This document shows, piece after piece, positions 30,927 to 41,850 of a DNA stretch of 64,000 nt (position 1 is the stretch's first letter; the number at the start of each line of letters is the position of its first letter). This DNA is from an uncultured Actinomycetota bacterium. GTDB lineage: Bacteria; Actinomycetota; Actinomycetes; CAVWCF01. The translations under genes and the position numbers were made by a program. The notes below the pieces were generated by a model that had not been told where the DNA came from, ran no database searches, and saw nothing but the letters and a program-made list of their open reading frames with translations. The stretch is from the NCBI GenBank assembly GCA_963753435.1, contig CAVWCF010000001.1, forward strand, positions 480,001 to 544,000, written 5' to 3'.

Positions 30927-31406
30927 TCACCCGGCGGCTGCCGCCTCCAGCGCAGCGATGTCGATCTTGCGCATCTGCAGCATTGCTTCGAACACCCGCC
31001 GAGCTCGTTCGGCATCGTCGCTTGTCGTCATCTCCAGCAGGAACCGAGGCGTTATCTGCCAGGAGAACCCCCAACGGTCCTTGCACCAGCCGCAGGCGCT
31101 CTCGGAACCACCGGTGTCCACGATCGCGTTCCAGTAGCGGTCGGTCTCGTCCTGGTCCTCCGTGATCACCATGAAACTCACTGATTCGTTCGGCGTGAAG
31201 TTTGGTCCGCCGTTCAGGCCCACGAATTTGCGACCCAACAGCGTGAACTCGACGGTCAACGCGTCACCGGCCCGCCCGCCGGGATAGTCACTCGCTGCCG
31301 CGTTGACCCGGCCGACCTGGCTGTCCGGGAACGTCTTTGCATAGAACTCCGCGGCCGGAAGGGCCTGCTCGTGGTCGAACCAGACACACGTGATCATTTC
31401 TGTCAT
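30927..31406 (-). CDS. VOC family protein (3-demethylubiquinone-9 3-methyltransferase-like, PhnB)
   Basis: LNGGP.F, SFMV..EDQDETDRYWNA, CGWCKDRWGFSWQITP. Confidence 0.92.
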   Translation of the reverse strand: MTEMITCVWFDHEQALPAAEFYAKTFPDSQVGRVNAAASDYPGGRAGDALTVEFTLLGRKFVGLNGGPNFTPNESVSFMVITEDQDETDRYWNAIVDTGGSESACGWCKDRWGFSWQITPRFLLEMTTSDDAERARRVFEAMLQMRKIDIAALEAAAAG

Positions 31407-31704
31407 CGTCGGCTCCCTGTGATGGCCCGGGCGAGTTGCCCAGCAAAGCGTCAAATGGTCTCGGTCATCGTCGCCTGCTGCGCTGCAGTTGCCAGCAGCA
31501 ACTCACCTTGCCACGAACGCGCGCGCTCCGGAGATATTGGATCTCCTCGCCGTCGTTGCAGAGCGCAGGGGGCGACCAACGCTGCGCCGTCTCGACTCGG
31601 ACCTATAGGCCAATGGTCACTACAGGTGGCACCGCAGGCCACCTAGCGTCACAAATGCGCTGGCCGGGCAGGCCTTGCCACGGCCAGGAATGGAGGTGGC
31701 GGTG

Positions 31705-31998
31705 ATGTACGGCACGGTGATGGTCGCGCAACTGAAGGAACCCACCACAGCGGAAGAACTACGCGAATCGATGGAGAAGTGGCGGGCATCACGCCCGGGC
31801 CGGCCCGGTCTGGTGGATGCCCAGATGCTGCTGACCGACGATGGCGGCCGGGTCGTCTCCGCGGTGCGTTTCGCCTCAAGAGAGGACTACTGGGCGATCG
31901 CGGACGACGTCGCACACGACGAGTGGTTCCAAACCAGGATTGCGCCGCTGCTGGAGGGGGAACCGACCTGGATGGACGGCAACTGGATCGAGGACTGA
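31705..31998 (+). CDS. Dimeric alpha-beta barrel (ABM-like) hypothetical protein
   Basis: MYGTV..VRFASREDYWAIADD..LLEGEPTWMDG; GGAGG RBS. Confidence 0.72.
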   Translation: MYGTVMVAQLKEPTTAEELRESMEKWRASRPGRPGLVDAQMLLTDDGGRVVSAVRFASREDYWAIADDVAHDEWFQTRIAPLLEGEPTWMDGNWIED

Positions 31999-32019
31999 CC
32001 TACCGGCAGTTCAGCCCGG

Positions 32020-32355
32020 CTACTCCTCCTGCTTGCGCAGTTCCGCCTCGAACCGGGACTCAATGGCGGAGACCTCGAATCCGAGAGCACGGGCGATGTT
32101 GCCGCTGGCCGAAACGGCCCGCGCGCTTCCGGCGATCGGCGCGACCGCGATCAGCACGCCCTCAACGTCCTCCAGGGTGATCCCCACATCCCTGGCTGTT
32201 TCGGCGTTGGCCAGGTAGGACACCGGAGCCGCACCAATGGCGGCCAGCGCGGCGATCCGGACAAGCATCAACTCACGAGGCGGCAGTTCGCACGCCTTCA
32301 GCGATGACCAAGTCATCGAGGCCAGCACATCCAACAGCGGTGTCTCGTCTGCCAT
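32020..32355 (-). CDS. Carboxymuconolactone decarboxylase/AhpD-like protein
   Basis: RELMLVRIAALAA..SYLAN, VLIAVAPIAGSAR. Confidence 0.82.
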   Translation of the reverse strand: MADETPLLDVLASMTWSSLKACELPPRELMLVRIAALAAIGAAPVSYLANAETARDVGITLEDVEGVLIAVAPIAGSARAVSASGNIARALGFEVSAIESRFEAELRKQEE

Positions 32356-32518
32356 CGGCACTCCTAGGTCGCGGAAAGGCACCGGGGGGATCCGGCACGG
32401 CCGAGCCTAGGGCGAACGAGGCGAATCGTGATGCAGCGCGGCGTCGGCGTCGGGATCTGGGAATGCCGTTGACGCCGGTAGTTGCCAAGAGGAGAGTGAA
32501 CATTCGCAACATCTACGG

Positions 32519-32890
32519 ATGGAGAACGTTGTGGCTTCCCTGGCAAAGCAGAACATGGCGGATCCGAACGAAACCCGGCCCTTCGCGGCCAACGGCAAAG
32601 TGGACGTAGTCACCCTCGGCGACTTCACTCTCGGCAAAGGGGTCTTCGAGGCTGGGTGGCGATGGTCAACGGATGTGAAGCCAATCGCCGGTACCGACAG
32701 TTGCATGGCCGAGCACAGCGGCATCTGCGTTTCCGGCAGCATGACCGTCCGAATGGACGACGGCACTGAAGCGACGGTGTCGGCCGGAGACGTTTTCACC
32801 ATTCCCGGCGGGCACGACGCCTGGACGGTCGGCGACGAGGCCTGCGTGCTCTACGACACCGGCGTCGCCCGCTACGCCAAACCGAGCTGA
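32519..32890 (+). CDS. Cupin domain protein
   Basis: GWRWSTDVKPIAGTDSC..H.G, IPGGHDAWTVGDE. Confidence 0.88.
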   Translation: MENVVASLAKQNMADPNETRPFAANGKVDVVTLGDFTLGKGVFEAGWRWSTDVKPIAGTDSCMAEHSGICVSGSMTVRMDDGTEATVSAGDVFTIPGGHDAWTVGDEACVLYDTGVARYAKPS

Positions 32891-32925
32891 GCTCCAGGCC
32901 GCGTCCGCCGAACTAGCGTGCAGCT

Positions 32926-33114
32926 ATGAAAGAAGGCTCAAGGGCTTGGTATGCGCTCGTGTTCGTGCTGTCCGCGGCCGCCGGGTTCCTCTTCTACTGG
33001 CTCGTTGACGGTTTCGAGTTCAAGTGGGAGCAGTTGCTTGCTGCCCTGGTCTGGGGCGTGATCGGCTTGATCACCGCCGGCTACTTCCTCAGGAAGAACC
33101 GCCCCAGGGGATAG
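32926..33114 (+). CDS. Small 2-TM membrane protein
   Basis: 62 aa with two hydrophobic helices; TAGCGT -10 hexamer 6 nt before the ATG. Confidence 0.7.
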   Translation: MKEGSRAWYALVFVLSAAAGFLFYWLVDGFEFKWEQLLAALVWGVIGLITAGYFLRKNRPRG

Positions 33115-33132
33115 CACCCGGGAGCGTGCCAA

Positions 33133-34152
33133 TCACCTCGACTCGATGGTGGACCCGCCGGATGCGTCAGCGGTGACGTCGGTGGGGTTGCCGCCGTATC
33201 GGATCTTCGACGCCCCTGACGCTGTGGCGTCCAATGACGTTGTTGCGGTGACGTCCATCGTGCTGGCCCCATCGGCGCTGGCCATGACTGCCGACGCGTT
33301 GAAGCCAGCTAGGGAAACGGTCGAAGCCCCGCTCACCTCAGCATCCACAACATCCCCTGCGCCGGTTACCTCGATGGTGCTGGCACCGGAGGCGTCCACA
33401 GTGAGATTGTTGCTGTCCAGACGGAGGACGACCCGGCTGGCGCCACTGGCCTCGACAACGAACACGTCCGAGGCGAGTTGACCCTGACTAACCACGGTGG
33501 CGGCTCCGGAAGTGCTGATCGCCGACAAGGCCGAGTTGGGGACGGTGACTGTCGCTTCGAGGGTGACGTCGCGGTAGTTCCCCCGCAGACTCAGAGTGAG
33601 CGTTTCCCCGCTGACGGACGCCTGCACGGCATCGAGGAGGTTGTCGTCCGTGCGAACCACCACCCCAAACGCCTCCCCCGTCCTGATCTCCACGTCGAAG
33701 GAGGAATCGGCAGTAAGCCGACTGAACTCATTCACACTTGGCGTCACCGATTCGATCCGGCCTGAGCCGGCTTCCCAACCACCCACGGCATCCAACGTCG
33801 TCGAGACGAGAGATCCGAATGTCACTGCGAGCAGCAGGATGGCGGCTGGGATCAGTCCCAGAAAGCCAATGACTATGCCGGCGAGGGCGAACCCGTCGCC
33901 CGACTCCCTGGACGTGCGAATCTGAGACCGCGCCCGGAAACCAAAGATGATCGCAAGCACGCTCCCAACGCCAAGTGCCCAGAACACACTTAGTACGAAG
34001 GAGGCAATAGCCAGGCCGTTGGTCCCCGTCGCGGCAGCGATCTGGGGGTTTGCGTGCGCTCGCTGATCCGTCCAAGCGTTTCCATCCCAATACCGCTGGA
34101 CGCCCACCTGCTCGGGATCCGGGTACCAACCCGGAGGAATCAACTCAGACAT
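33133..34152 (-). CDS. Membrane protein with DUF2510, DUF4190 and GIN (DUF2807) beta-helix domains
   Basis: [17 protein letters not shown]; TNGLAIASFVLS..G.GFALAGIVIG; DDNLL and repeated ASGAS units; GAAGGAGG RBS. Confidence 0.85.
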   Translation of the reverse strand: MSELIPPGWYPDPEQVGVQRYWDGNAWTDQRAHANPQIAAATGTNGLAIASFVLSVFWALGVGSVLAIIFGFRARSQIRTSRESGDGFALAGIVIGFLGLIPAAILLLAVTFGSLVSTTLDAVGGWEAGSGRIESVTPSVNEFSRLTADSSFDVEIRTGEAFGVVVRTDDNLLDAVQASVSGETLTLSLRGNYRDVTLEATVTVPNSALSAISTSGAATVVSQGQLASDVFVVEASGASRVVLRLDSNNLTVDASGASTIEVTGAGDVVDAEVSGASTVSLAGFNASAVMASADGASTMDVTATTSLDATASGASKIRYGGNPTDVTADASGGSTIESR

Positions 34153-34417
34153 GAAACCTCCTTCGGCGACAGACAGCCGTCGCGTCTGGAGCACGCAAAC
34201 GAACTCCTGCGCCCTGGTTTCAGCATCGCCGGCGCGACCGACCGCACAAGGGAAGGAGGTCCCTTCCCACGTTTGTGCGGTCATGCATACGCGAACACGG
34301 CACTGCCAATACCACTTCTGTCCGCTTCCTTCGGGCGAAACCGGTCGAGGCCGCCTTACGCCTCACCGATGGGACTGTGCTTGTCGCTTGGGGCGTCAGA
34401 GGGCCCGGGGTCCGCCG

Positions 34418-35458
34418 TCAAATGTCGTCCACGACAACATTGTTTCCGAGGATCCGGGTGGCCGACCAGCCGTGCCCGACCTGGGTGTACCCGGAGTAGA
34501 ACAGGCCGTATCCATTGCCGCGATACAACAGCAAAGCCCCCGACTGGGTACGTGCGATCACATCGGTGCGGCCGTCTCCGCTGAAGTCCCCGACTCCAAC
34601 TACTGCCGTCAACGCATCCCAGCTGTGCCCGATGAACTGCGGCCCCTCTGGGGCGAAGCCCCCGTCCCCATCTCCTGGGTACAGGCGCAGCCACCCGTCC
34701 CAGTAGGAGAGGTATGTCAGATCATTTGCCCCGTCGCCGTTGAAGTCGCCGACGCCGGCCAAGCCAGTGAAAGCACGCCAGCCGTAGCCGATCTGACGTG
34801 CCGAAAGCAGGCGACCTCGGCCGTTACCGGGCCAAAGCCAAAGAGTGTCGTCGGAAGCGCGTAGCCCCAAGAGGTCGTCATGACCGTCGCCAGTCCAGTC
34901 ACCTGGGGCGACGATCAGGCGGTAGGCATCCCATCCGGGACCCATTTGAATGCCACTCTTGACCCGCCCGGTTCCGTCCCCTTCGTAGGCCCACATGACA
35001 CCGCTCTTGATGGCCACTATGTCTAGGCCGCCGTTGGCGTCGACATCGCCAAACTGGGTGATCTTGTCGAAGCCGGACCAGCCGTGGCCGATCTTCTTCG
35101 AGGAGGTGAATCCCCCGTAACCGGTACCTGGATAGAGGTAGAGGCCACCGTCGGCGGCCACTCCCAGCACATCGTTGTTTCGATCACCGTTCCAGTCACG
35201 GGAGTACTGAGCCACGATCTGTGACGAGTCGGCTGCCAGCCAACTGGACTGGGTCACGCTCATCTTGAGCGCCGCAGGTCCAGCCTGACCGGTGTCCCCG
35301 ACCCAGACGTTTCCGTAAGCGGCCAGGCACAGCGCTAGAAGCACTAGAGCCAATGTCCGTCTTGATCTCGCCCCGTCGCCAGCATCTTGGCCTCGGGGCG
35401 ATGCCAGCGCTGTCATCAAGGCGCCAGCGACCAGGAGGAAGAGCGCAACGAGCAGCAT
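34418..35458 (-). CDS. Membrane-anchored/secreted FG-GAP (VCBS) repeat protein
   Basis: Five D-x-x-G-D-G-x-x-D-type repeats, each followed by L.LYPG.G.G..IG.GW; N-terminal hydrophobic segments; AGGAGG RBS. Confidence 0.85.
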   Translation of the reverse strand: MLLVALFLLVAGALMTALASPRGQDAGDGARSRRTLALVLLALCLAAYGNVWVGDTGQAGPAALKMSVTQSSWLAADSSQIVAQYSRDWNGDRNNDVLGVAADGGLYLYPGTGYGGFTSSKKIGHGWSGFDKITQFGDVDANGGLDIVAIKSGVMWAYEGDGTGRVKSGIQMGPGWDAYRLIVAPGDWTGDGHDDLLGLRASDDTLWLWPGNGRGRLLSARQIGYGWRAFTGLAGVGDFNGDGANDLTYLSYWDGWLRLYPGDGDGGFAPEGPQFIGHSWDALTAVVGVGDFSGDGRTDVIARTQSGALLLYRGNGYGLFYSGYTQVGHGWSATRILGNNVVVDDI

Positions 35459-35602
35459 CTAGCCACCTCCTTGAGAGGCAGTTTCAGTGTGATGTGAGGC
35501 ACGTTGGAGTTGCAGGGTCGAAGGTCCAACACCAAACACGCGAAGTCGGCCGGCCAAGGCTGCGAGGCACCCTGAGGAGCTGTGCAGTTTGTTCCTGGCA
35601 GA

Positions 35603-35866
35603 TCAGGTTCGAGACATCCTCCAGGCAACCCAAGTGGCCAACCAGGCGGCAATCGCTAGGACGCTGAGGAAGCCCAGGATCAAGAGCACCGCAACGGACT
35701 CGCCGCCCACATACGACGACCACTGCTGTATCGCCGCCACCGCATTGATCCCGAGGACAACCGTTAGACCCGTGGCGATCACACCCAGGAGCCACATGAA
35801 CACCCGAGCCAGCCTGTGCTCCTTGGGGTGGTCACCCTCATGGTGAACCGGAGAATCAGTGGTCAT
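35603..35866 (-). CDS. Small 2-TM membrane protein
   Basis: GGAGG RBS, two hydrophobic helices. Confidence 0.7.
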   Translation of the reverse strand: MTTDSPVHHEGDHPKEHRLARVFMWLLGVIATGLTVVLGINAVAAIQQWSSYVGGESVAVLLILGFLSVLAIAAWLATWVAWRMSRT

Positions 35867-35896
35867 ATCAACCACCTCCGCCCACCACATTCCTCG

Positions 35897-35995
35897 CAAT
35901 TCAGGCTGAGTCAAGCGACCTTCGTCAGCCCATTCCAAATGGGAGCACGGTGAGCGCTGTCCAACGATCTACGTCGAATTGACGTCCGGCTACCC
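35897..35995. repeat. Imperfect-palindrome element D, homologous to element C
   Basis: GTGAGCGCTGTCCAACGATCTACGTCGAATTGACGTC matches 37085-37121 at 27/37 positions; CAATTC (35897) is complementary to GAATTG (35976). Confidence 0.6.
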
Positions 35996-36033
35996 GGCTC
36001 GACGCTGCCGAGCAATCCCCCGGCCAACTCTGA

Positions 36034-36420
36034 TCAGTCGATCAGCAGGCCAAGCAGCCACGGGCCGTAGTTGAGAAGCACGAACACCGCTGCACCGACG
36101 GCCCCCAACAGCATGGGGACCCGCCCCTGGGAATCGCCCGCCTGAACTGCCTTCCGGCCGAAGATGAAGCCAATGACGGGTGCGATCAATGTGATGGCAA
36201 CGGCCACGGACCCGGCTAGCAGGGCGACTCCCGCAGGCAGCCCCTCCAGGTTGTTCGGGTCATAACCTTGCGAGTCGATGATCCAACTCGACGCGAAGAT
36301 CCCAAGCGGGAGTGTCAAGGCTGTGCATACGAGCGCAACCCACGCCCAGCGTGTGTAACGGGAACCCAATGTCCCTTGGTCTGACGTGTGGATGGCCTCA
36401 CCTGGCGTCTTCTGCTTCAT
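36034..36420 (-). CDS. 3-TM membrane protein
   Basis: GGAGGAGG RBS, three hydrophobic helices. Confidence 0.78.
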   Translation of the reverse strand: MKQKTPGEAIHTSDQGTLGSRYTRWAWVALVCTALTLPLGIFASSWIIDSQGYDPNNLEGLPAGVALLAGSVAVAITLIAPVIGFIFGRKAVQAGDSQGRVPMLLGAVGAAVFVLLNYGPWLLGLLID

Positions 36421-36436
36421 CAGACACCTCCTCCGA

Positions 36437-36804
36437 CTAGAGCTGGTTCAGCGTCGTGACCACTATCAGCAGCCACAGGCTGGCGACGACGAGACCGTTG
36501 AGGGCGTGGCAACTACGGCAAGACCACCTTCACCCAGTCGGACCGCCTTCAGGCCGAACCACACGCCGAGATAGTTGGGCAGCGGAGCAACCAGGAGGCT
36601 GAGCACTACAACGAGCCAACCGATCAGCCCCTGCTCCGACATCGGTTCGGATCCTTCAAGGTCAGACAGTCCCAAGAGGACCACTGACAGCGCGAACGTG
36701 GCCACGAAACTGACCACGACCAACGGGAGCATTACCCACGACCAACGGGACCAGCGGGAACTCGACACCCTCGTCCCATCCAAAGTGTCCTGCGAAGTGT
36801 TCAT
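36437..36804 (-). CDS. 3-TM membrane protein, frameshift near 36505
   Basis: AAGGAGG RBS; adding one base restores ..ALNGLVVASLWLLIVVTTLNQL* ending at 36437; layout resembles 36034-36420. Confidence 0.7.
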
Positions 36805-36919
36805 TGGGCACCTCCTTACGAGCCCAATGTCTGTCGCAGGCGGATCCAGAACCAGAGGCGAAAGCCCACCCCGGCCTGACCTAGTTCGGTGACGTCGACG
36901 CGACTAGACCTTGCCCGCG

Positions 36920-37134
36920 CTACCTTGGACTGAGCGCTGTGCGACCTAGCCGGTCGCCCCATCCGAGGATTCAAGACCCCCTGACCTGGGCCTTTGCCGG
37001 CAGGGTCGTGGCGACCTAGTCCAAATAGTCGCGCAGCAGGACCCCGCTGAGCGCTGTGCGTGAGCCCTTCTGAACGGGGATCCCGTGAGCGCTGTGCATG
37101 GATCTATCTTGGACTGAGATCAGCTCCTGGCTAC
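36920..37134. repeat. att-like junction: duplicated sigA 3' end (37016-37042) flanked by TGAGCGCTGT direct repeats and inverted core-like copies
   Basis: Minus strand reads GTC CTG CTG CGC GAC TAT TTG GAC TAG; TGAGCGCTGT at 36931, 37048, 37086; CTAYCTTGGACTGAG at 36920 and 37104. Confidence 0.72.
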
Positions 37135-37182
37135 CGCCTACTGACCGTCGCCCACCAACCCTTGCCGTGGTCCAGGCGTGCC

Positions 37183-37835
37183 TCAGCCGAAACGCAGCGC
37201 AGCGATCAGGACCCGAGGGTCTGGGTAGTCCTCGCAGTACTGGTAGCGGTAGGCCAATCGCACGACGCCGTCCTGGCCGACTACGAATTCCCCAGGCATC
37301 TGCCAAGGCGAGTCGACGGATGCTCTATCGGTGCCGTGCCGCTCAGCTGCCAAGGACTGACCAGCTTCCAGCTCACAGGCGAGGAACTCGTCCGGGGCAT
37401 CGAACAGCACCTGAGCCGTCGATCCCTCCAGCAGATCGAAAGCTTCGTACGAGACGCGCTCCGGGTCACAAAGGATCGGGCAGGGAAGCCCGTGCAGAGA
37501 CCGGTAGCGCTCGGCCCGGACCGGTTCCCCCATCCCGACACGACGACACTTGCACCGGCTGCAACGTATCCGGGGAACTCCTCCCTCAACCGGGCGGCAC
37601 GATCAATACCGCAGGAGCAGCCAGCGTGCCGCCAGAACAACAGCAGGGCAGGACCGTCGGCCCAGAAGTCAGAGAGCCGACGCAAAGTCCCCGACTCATC
37701 CGGGAGTTCCGCGTCTGGGGCCAAGTCACCACGCTGCAGCGGGACCCGCTCCCACCGAGTCCGAACAGGTCCGGCCGCCCACGCCTCCAACCACTCAGCC
37801 TCAGCCGACGCAGTCAGGGCATCAAGCTCATGCAT
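37183..37835 (-). CDS. Peroxiredoxin-like (AhpC/TSA) protein, frameshift near 37533
   Basis: GDLAPDAELPD, FWRHAGCSCG in one frame; CDPERVSYEAF, WQMPGEFVV, YRYQYCEDYP in the next. Confidence 0.8.
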
Positions 37836-37904
37836 CCAGCCTCCCAACAATCGAGACCTCAACAACTCCAGACCACGATGTCAGGTCGGGCCGCGACACG
37901 GCCG

Positions 37905-38153
37905 CTAGGCCTTCAACCGTGCTCGGAGTTTCGAGCCGAGCCAGACCATCAGAAGGGCGATCCCGACGATGACTACCTGCACCGGCACGTAAGCCCAGTC
38001 TTCCGGCGGAGTTCGCTCGTCTTCAAGAACGAACACTGTTTGCACCAAGATGACTACCAACCAAATCGGTGCAAGCACGACCAAGGCCTTCTTGGTGAAC
38101 CCGAAGAACCAGCCGACGAGTAGGCCACCAAGGACCGCGGTGATCAGCGTCAT
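37905..38153 (-). CDS. Small 3-TM membrane protein
   Basis: Starts 2 nt after the upstream stop, with a GAGG RBS; hydrophobic. Confidence 0.72.
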   Translation of the reverse strand: MTLITAVLGGLLVGWFFGFTKKALVVLAPIWLVVILVQTVFVLEDERTPPEDWAYVPVQVVIVGIALLMVWLGSKLRARLKA

Positions 38154-38155
38154 GA

Positions 38156-38776
38156 TCAGACCACCTCGGCGGAACCATCTCGGGTGAACATGACCACGGC
38201 CAAGATCAGTTGCAGAATGAAGGTCAGCCCGACCCCAAGGATGAACAACGGACCCGACACACACAAAACCCCAACGAGGATGGAGATCCAGGCAATCCAC
38301 CCCGGCAACTTTTTGGTCCGGATCGAGGCGGTGCCCAGCGAAATGAAGTACACCGCTCCCGCAACGGCCAAAGGAACAGGGCTGAAGCTATCCAGGATGT
38401 TGAGGGCTTCAGCAGCGCTAGCGAAGCCGCTGTCGGATGCCGACAGCACGGCCACGTGGACGGTGACGGCTGAAGTCGTAGCCACCGCGAACAGCACACC
38501 GCCACCGAACACACCGTTGGCGAAGGCACGATCAGCCTCAGTAGAGCCGGTCAGGAGTTCACGCAAACGGCCGGCGAACAGCAGCCACAGCACGCCCGCA
38601 ACGGCCACCATGATCGTGGTGACGACCTGTTCGGTCTGGTTGGACTCGTAATACGCCACGACGTCGACACCTGGGGCGTCGGGCAGCGGAGAGTCGGAAC
38701 CAAAACCAAACACCGCGATCACAATCAGAACCGGCGCAAGAGCCCCACCCAAGTCCAACCACCGACGAGCATTCAC
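38156..38776 (-). CDS. Multi-pass membrane protein (DUF4386-like)
   Basis: Six hydrophobic helices; VVAYY, LFAGRLRELL, LPGWIAWISI. Confidence 0.75.
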   Translation of the reverse strand: MNARRWLDLGGALAPVLIVIAVFGFGSDSPLPDAPGVDVVAYYESNQTEQVVTTIMVAVAGVLWLLFAGRLRELLTGSTEADRAFANGVFGGGVLFAVATTSAVTVHVAVLSASDSGFASAAEALNILDSFSPVPLAVAGAVYFISLGTASIRTKKLPGWIAWISILVGVLCVSGPLFILGVGLTFILQLILAVVMFTRDGSAEVV

Positions 38777-38984
38777 GGCTGCTGTCCATCCCCTCGTAGG
38801 CCATCCAGACGAGGGCAGCGTAGGGACGTGAACCCTTGGCCGCAGTCGAATCGGAAGACACCGTCAACGGGCTGGGGGCGTAGCGCCCGCCAGTGGCAAC
38901 CACCTAAGCCTGCAAGCGCTGTCCTTAGGCTGGCTCTAGGCCGATGATTCGCTGGACTGCAGAAACGCCGAGACTTTCTGTCAC

Positions 38985-40505
<1,521 letters not shown>

Positions 40506-40619
40506 GGGCTGCCCTTCGGTCTCACGTTCGGGGACGCTGCCTTCGCCGGTCCTCGCGGGGACCGTCTGCAGCGGGAGGATGACATTGTAATCCGTACCCA
40601 GTGCTCCGCGGCGACCCGA

Positions 40620-41846
40620 TCAGTTGCGACGCACGGCCACGACCGTGGCGTCGTCGTTCGTCTGGGCGCCGGCCAGCGTGGTGCCCACCAATTCGTCCAG
40701 ATTCCCGTGGGCGGCGGCGACGATCCGCTCGACCACAGCGATGAGCTCTGGATCCGACGCCGTTGGCACGGTCTGGCCGGGCTGTTCGACGACCCCGTCG
40801 GTTACCGCCAGCAGCAGGTCCCCGGGGTGCAGGGGCACCTCGTAGGTCTCATAGGCCGGGGCCGGGACGCCGATGGGCGGGCCCACCGGGATGGGCAGGA
40901 TCTCCCACTGCCCGTTGTCCCGAACCAACAGCGGCGGCAGGTGGCCGGCCGAAGCGATCAGCGCCGATCCTTCGCCGGCCGGCACCAGGAGCAACAGCAG
41001 CGTGGCGAACCGGTCCAACGAGTCGGTGCCGAAGTGCAACTGGTCCAGCCGACCCAGCAATGTGCCCGGGTCGCGTTCGGTCAGCGCCAACGCCCGCAAC
41101 CCGATTCGCAACTGGCCCATGTCCGACGCCGCTCCCGGACCGTGACCCATGACGTCGCCGACAACCAGCAGGGCGCCGTCGGCGCCCAGTTCGATCGCGT
41201 CGAACCAGTCTCCGCCGACGTGCGCCGCACCACCGAATGCCGGTCGCGTCTGCGCGGCAATGTCCCAGCCGGGGATCTCCGGCAACGCCTTGGAACGCAG
41301 ACCCCGCTCCAGCGCCAGCAACGCCGACTCGTGCGCGTGGAAACGCTCACTGCGGCTGAGACTGATCGCACACTCCTCGGCCAGATCGAACACAAACTCC
41401 CGTTCGGGATCGGAGAGGGTCCGCGGCGCGTTGAACGCAAACCGCAGCACGCCAATCACTTCGACCTCACTGCGAACCGGCACGGCCGCCCACGCGGCCT
41501 CATCGCCACCGAGGATGCGGTCTGCCAGGACTGGGAACCGCTCCCGCAGACTGTCCGGGTCGCTCAGGAAGACCGCCTCCCCCACTGCTGCCGCGGTGGT
41601 GGGCCCGTCCTCGTCCAATCCCAGCTTCGGCGGGATGGTGGCGCCTTCGGGGCCCACCGTGACCACGCGCAACTCATGTCGCTGCTCGGGCGGGTCCCAC
41701 ATTGCGACGCCGGCCCAGGCCGCACCGAGAACTTGCCGCCCGACTCGGGCCACAACCTCGGCGATCTCGTCTGCGGTCAAGGTTGGCCGCAGTAGCCGAA
41801 CTGCCTCCAGCAAGGCCTTGGAGTTGGGGCCGTCTGCGTTGGCCAC
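40620..41846 (-). CDS. GAF plus PP2C/SpoIIE phosphatase
   Basis: VGGDWFD, VGDVMGHG, SAGHLPP, TDGVVE, DDATVV. Confidence 0.92.
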   Translation of the reverse strand: MANADGPNSKALLEAVRLLRPTLTADEIAEVVARVGRQVLGAAWAGVAMWDPPEQRHELRVVTVGPEGATIPPKLGLDEDGPTTAAAVGEAVFLSDPDSLRERFPVLADRILGGDEAAWAAVPVRSEVEVIGVLRFAFNAPRTLSDPEREFVFDLAEECAISLSRSERFHAHESALLALERGLRSKALPEIPGWDIAAQTRPAFGGAAHVGGDWFDAIELGADGALLVVGDVMGHGPGAASDMGQLRIGLRALALTERDPGTLLGRLDQLHFGTDSLDRFATLLLLLVPAGEGSALIASAGHLPPLLVRDNGQWEILPIPVGPPIGVPAPAYETYEVPLHPGDLLLAVTDGVVEQPGQTVPTASDPELIAVVERIVAAAHGNLDELVGTTLAGAQTNDDATVVAVRRN

Positions 41847-41850
41847 CGGG

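Noticed and set aside
34152-34370. c-di-GMP-I riboswitch
   Set aside because: An ACGCAAA word is present but on the wrong strand, and without the GGCAAA..GAAA tetraloop/receptor arrangement
35897-37134. Classical integron attC sites
   Set aside because: No RYYYAAC...GTTRRRY boxes and no intI in the window; kept only as an analogy
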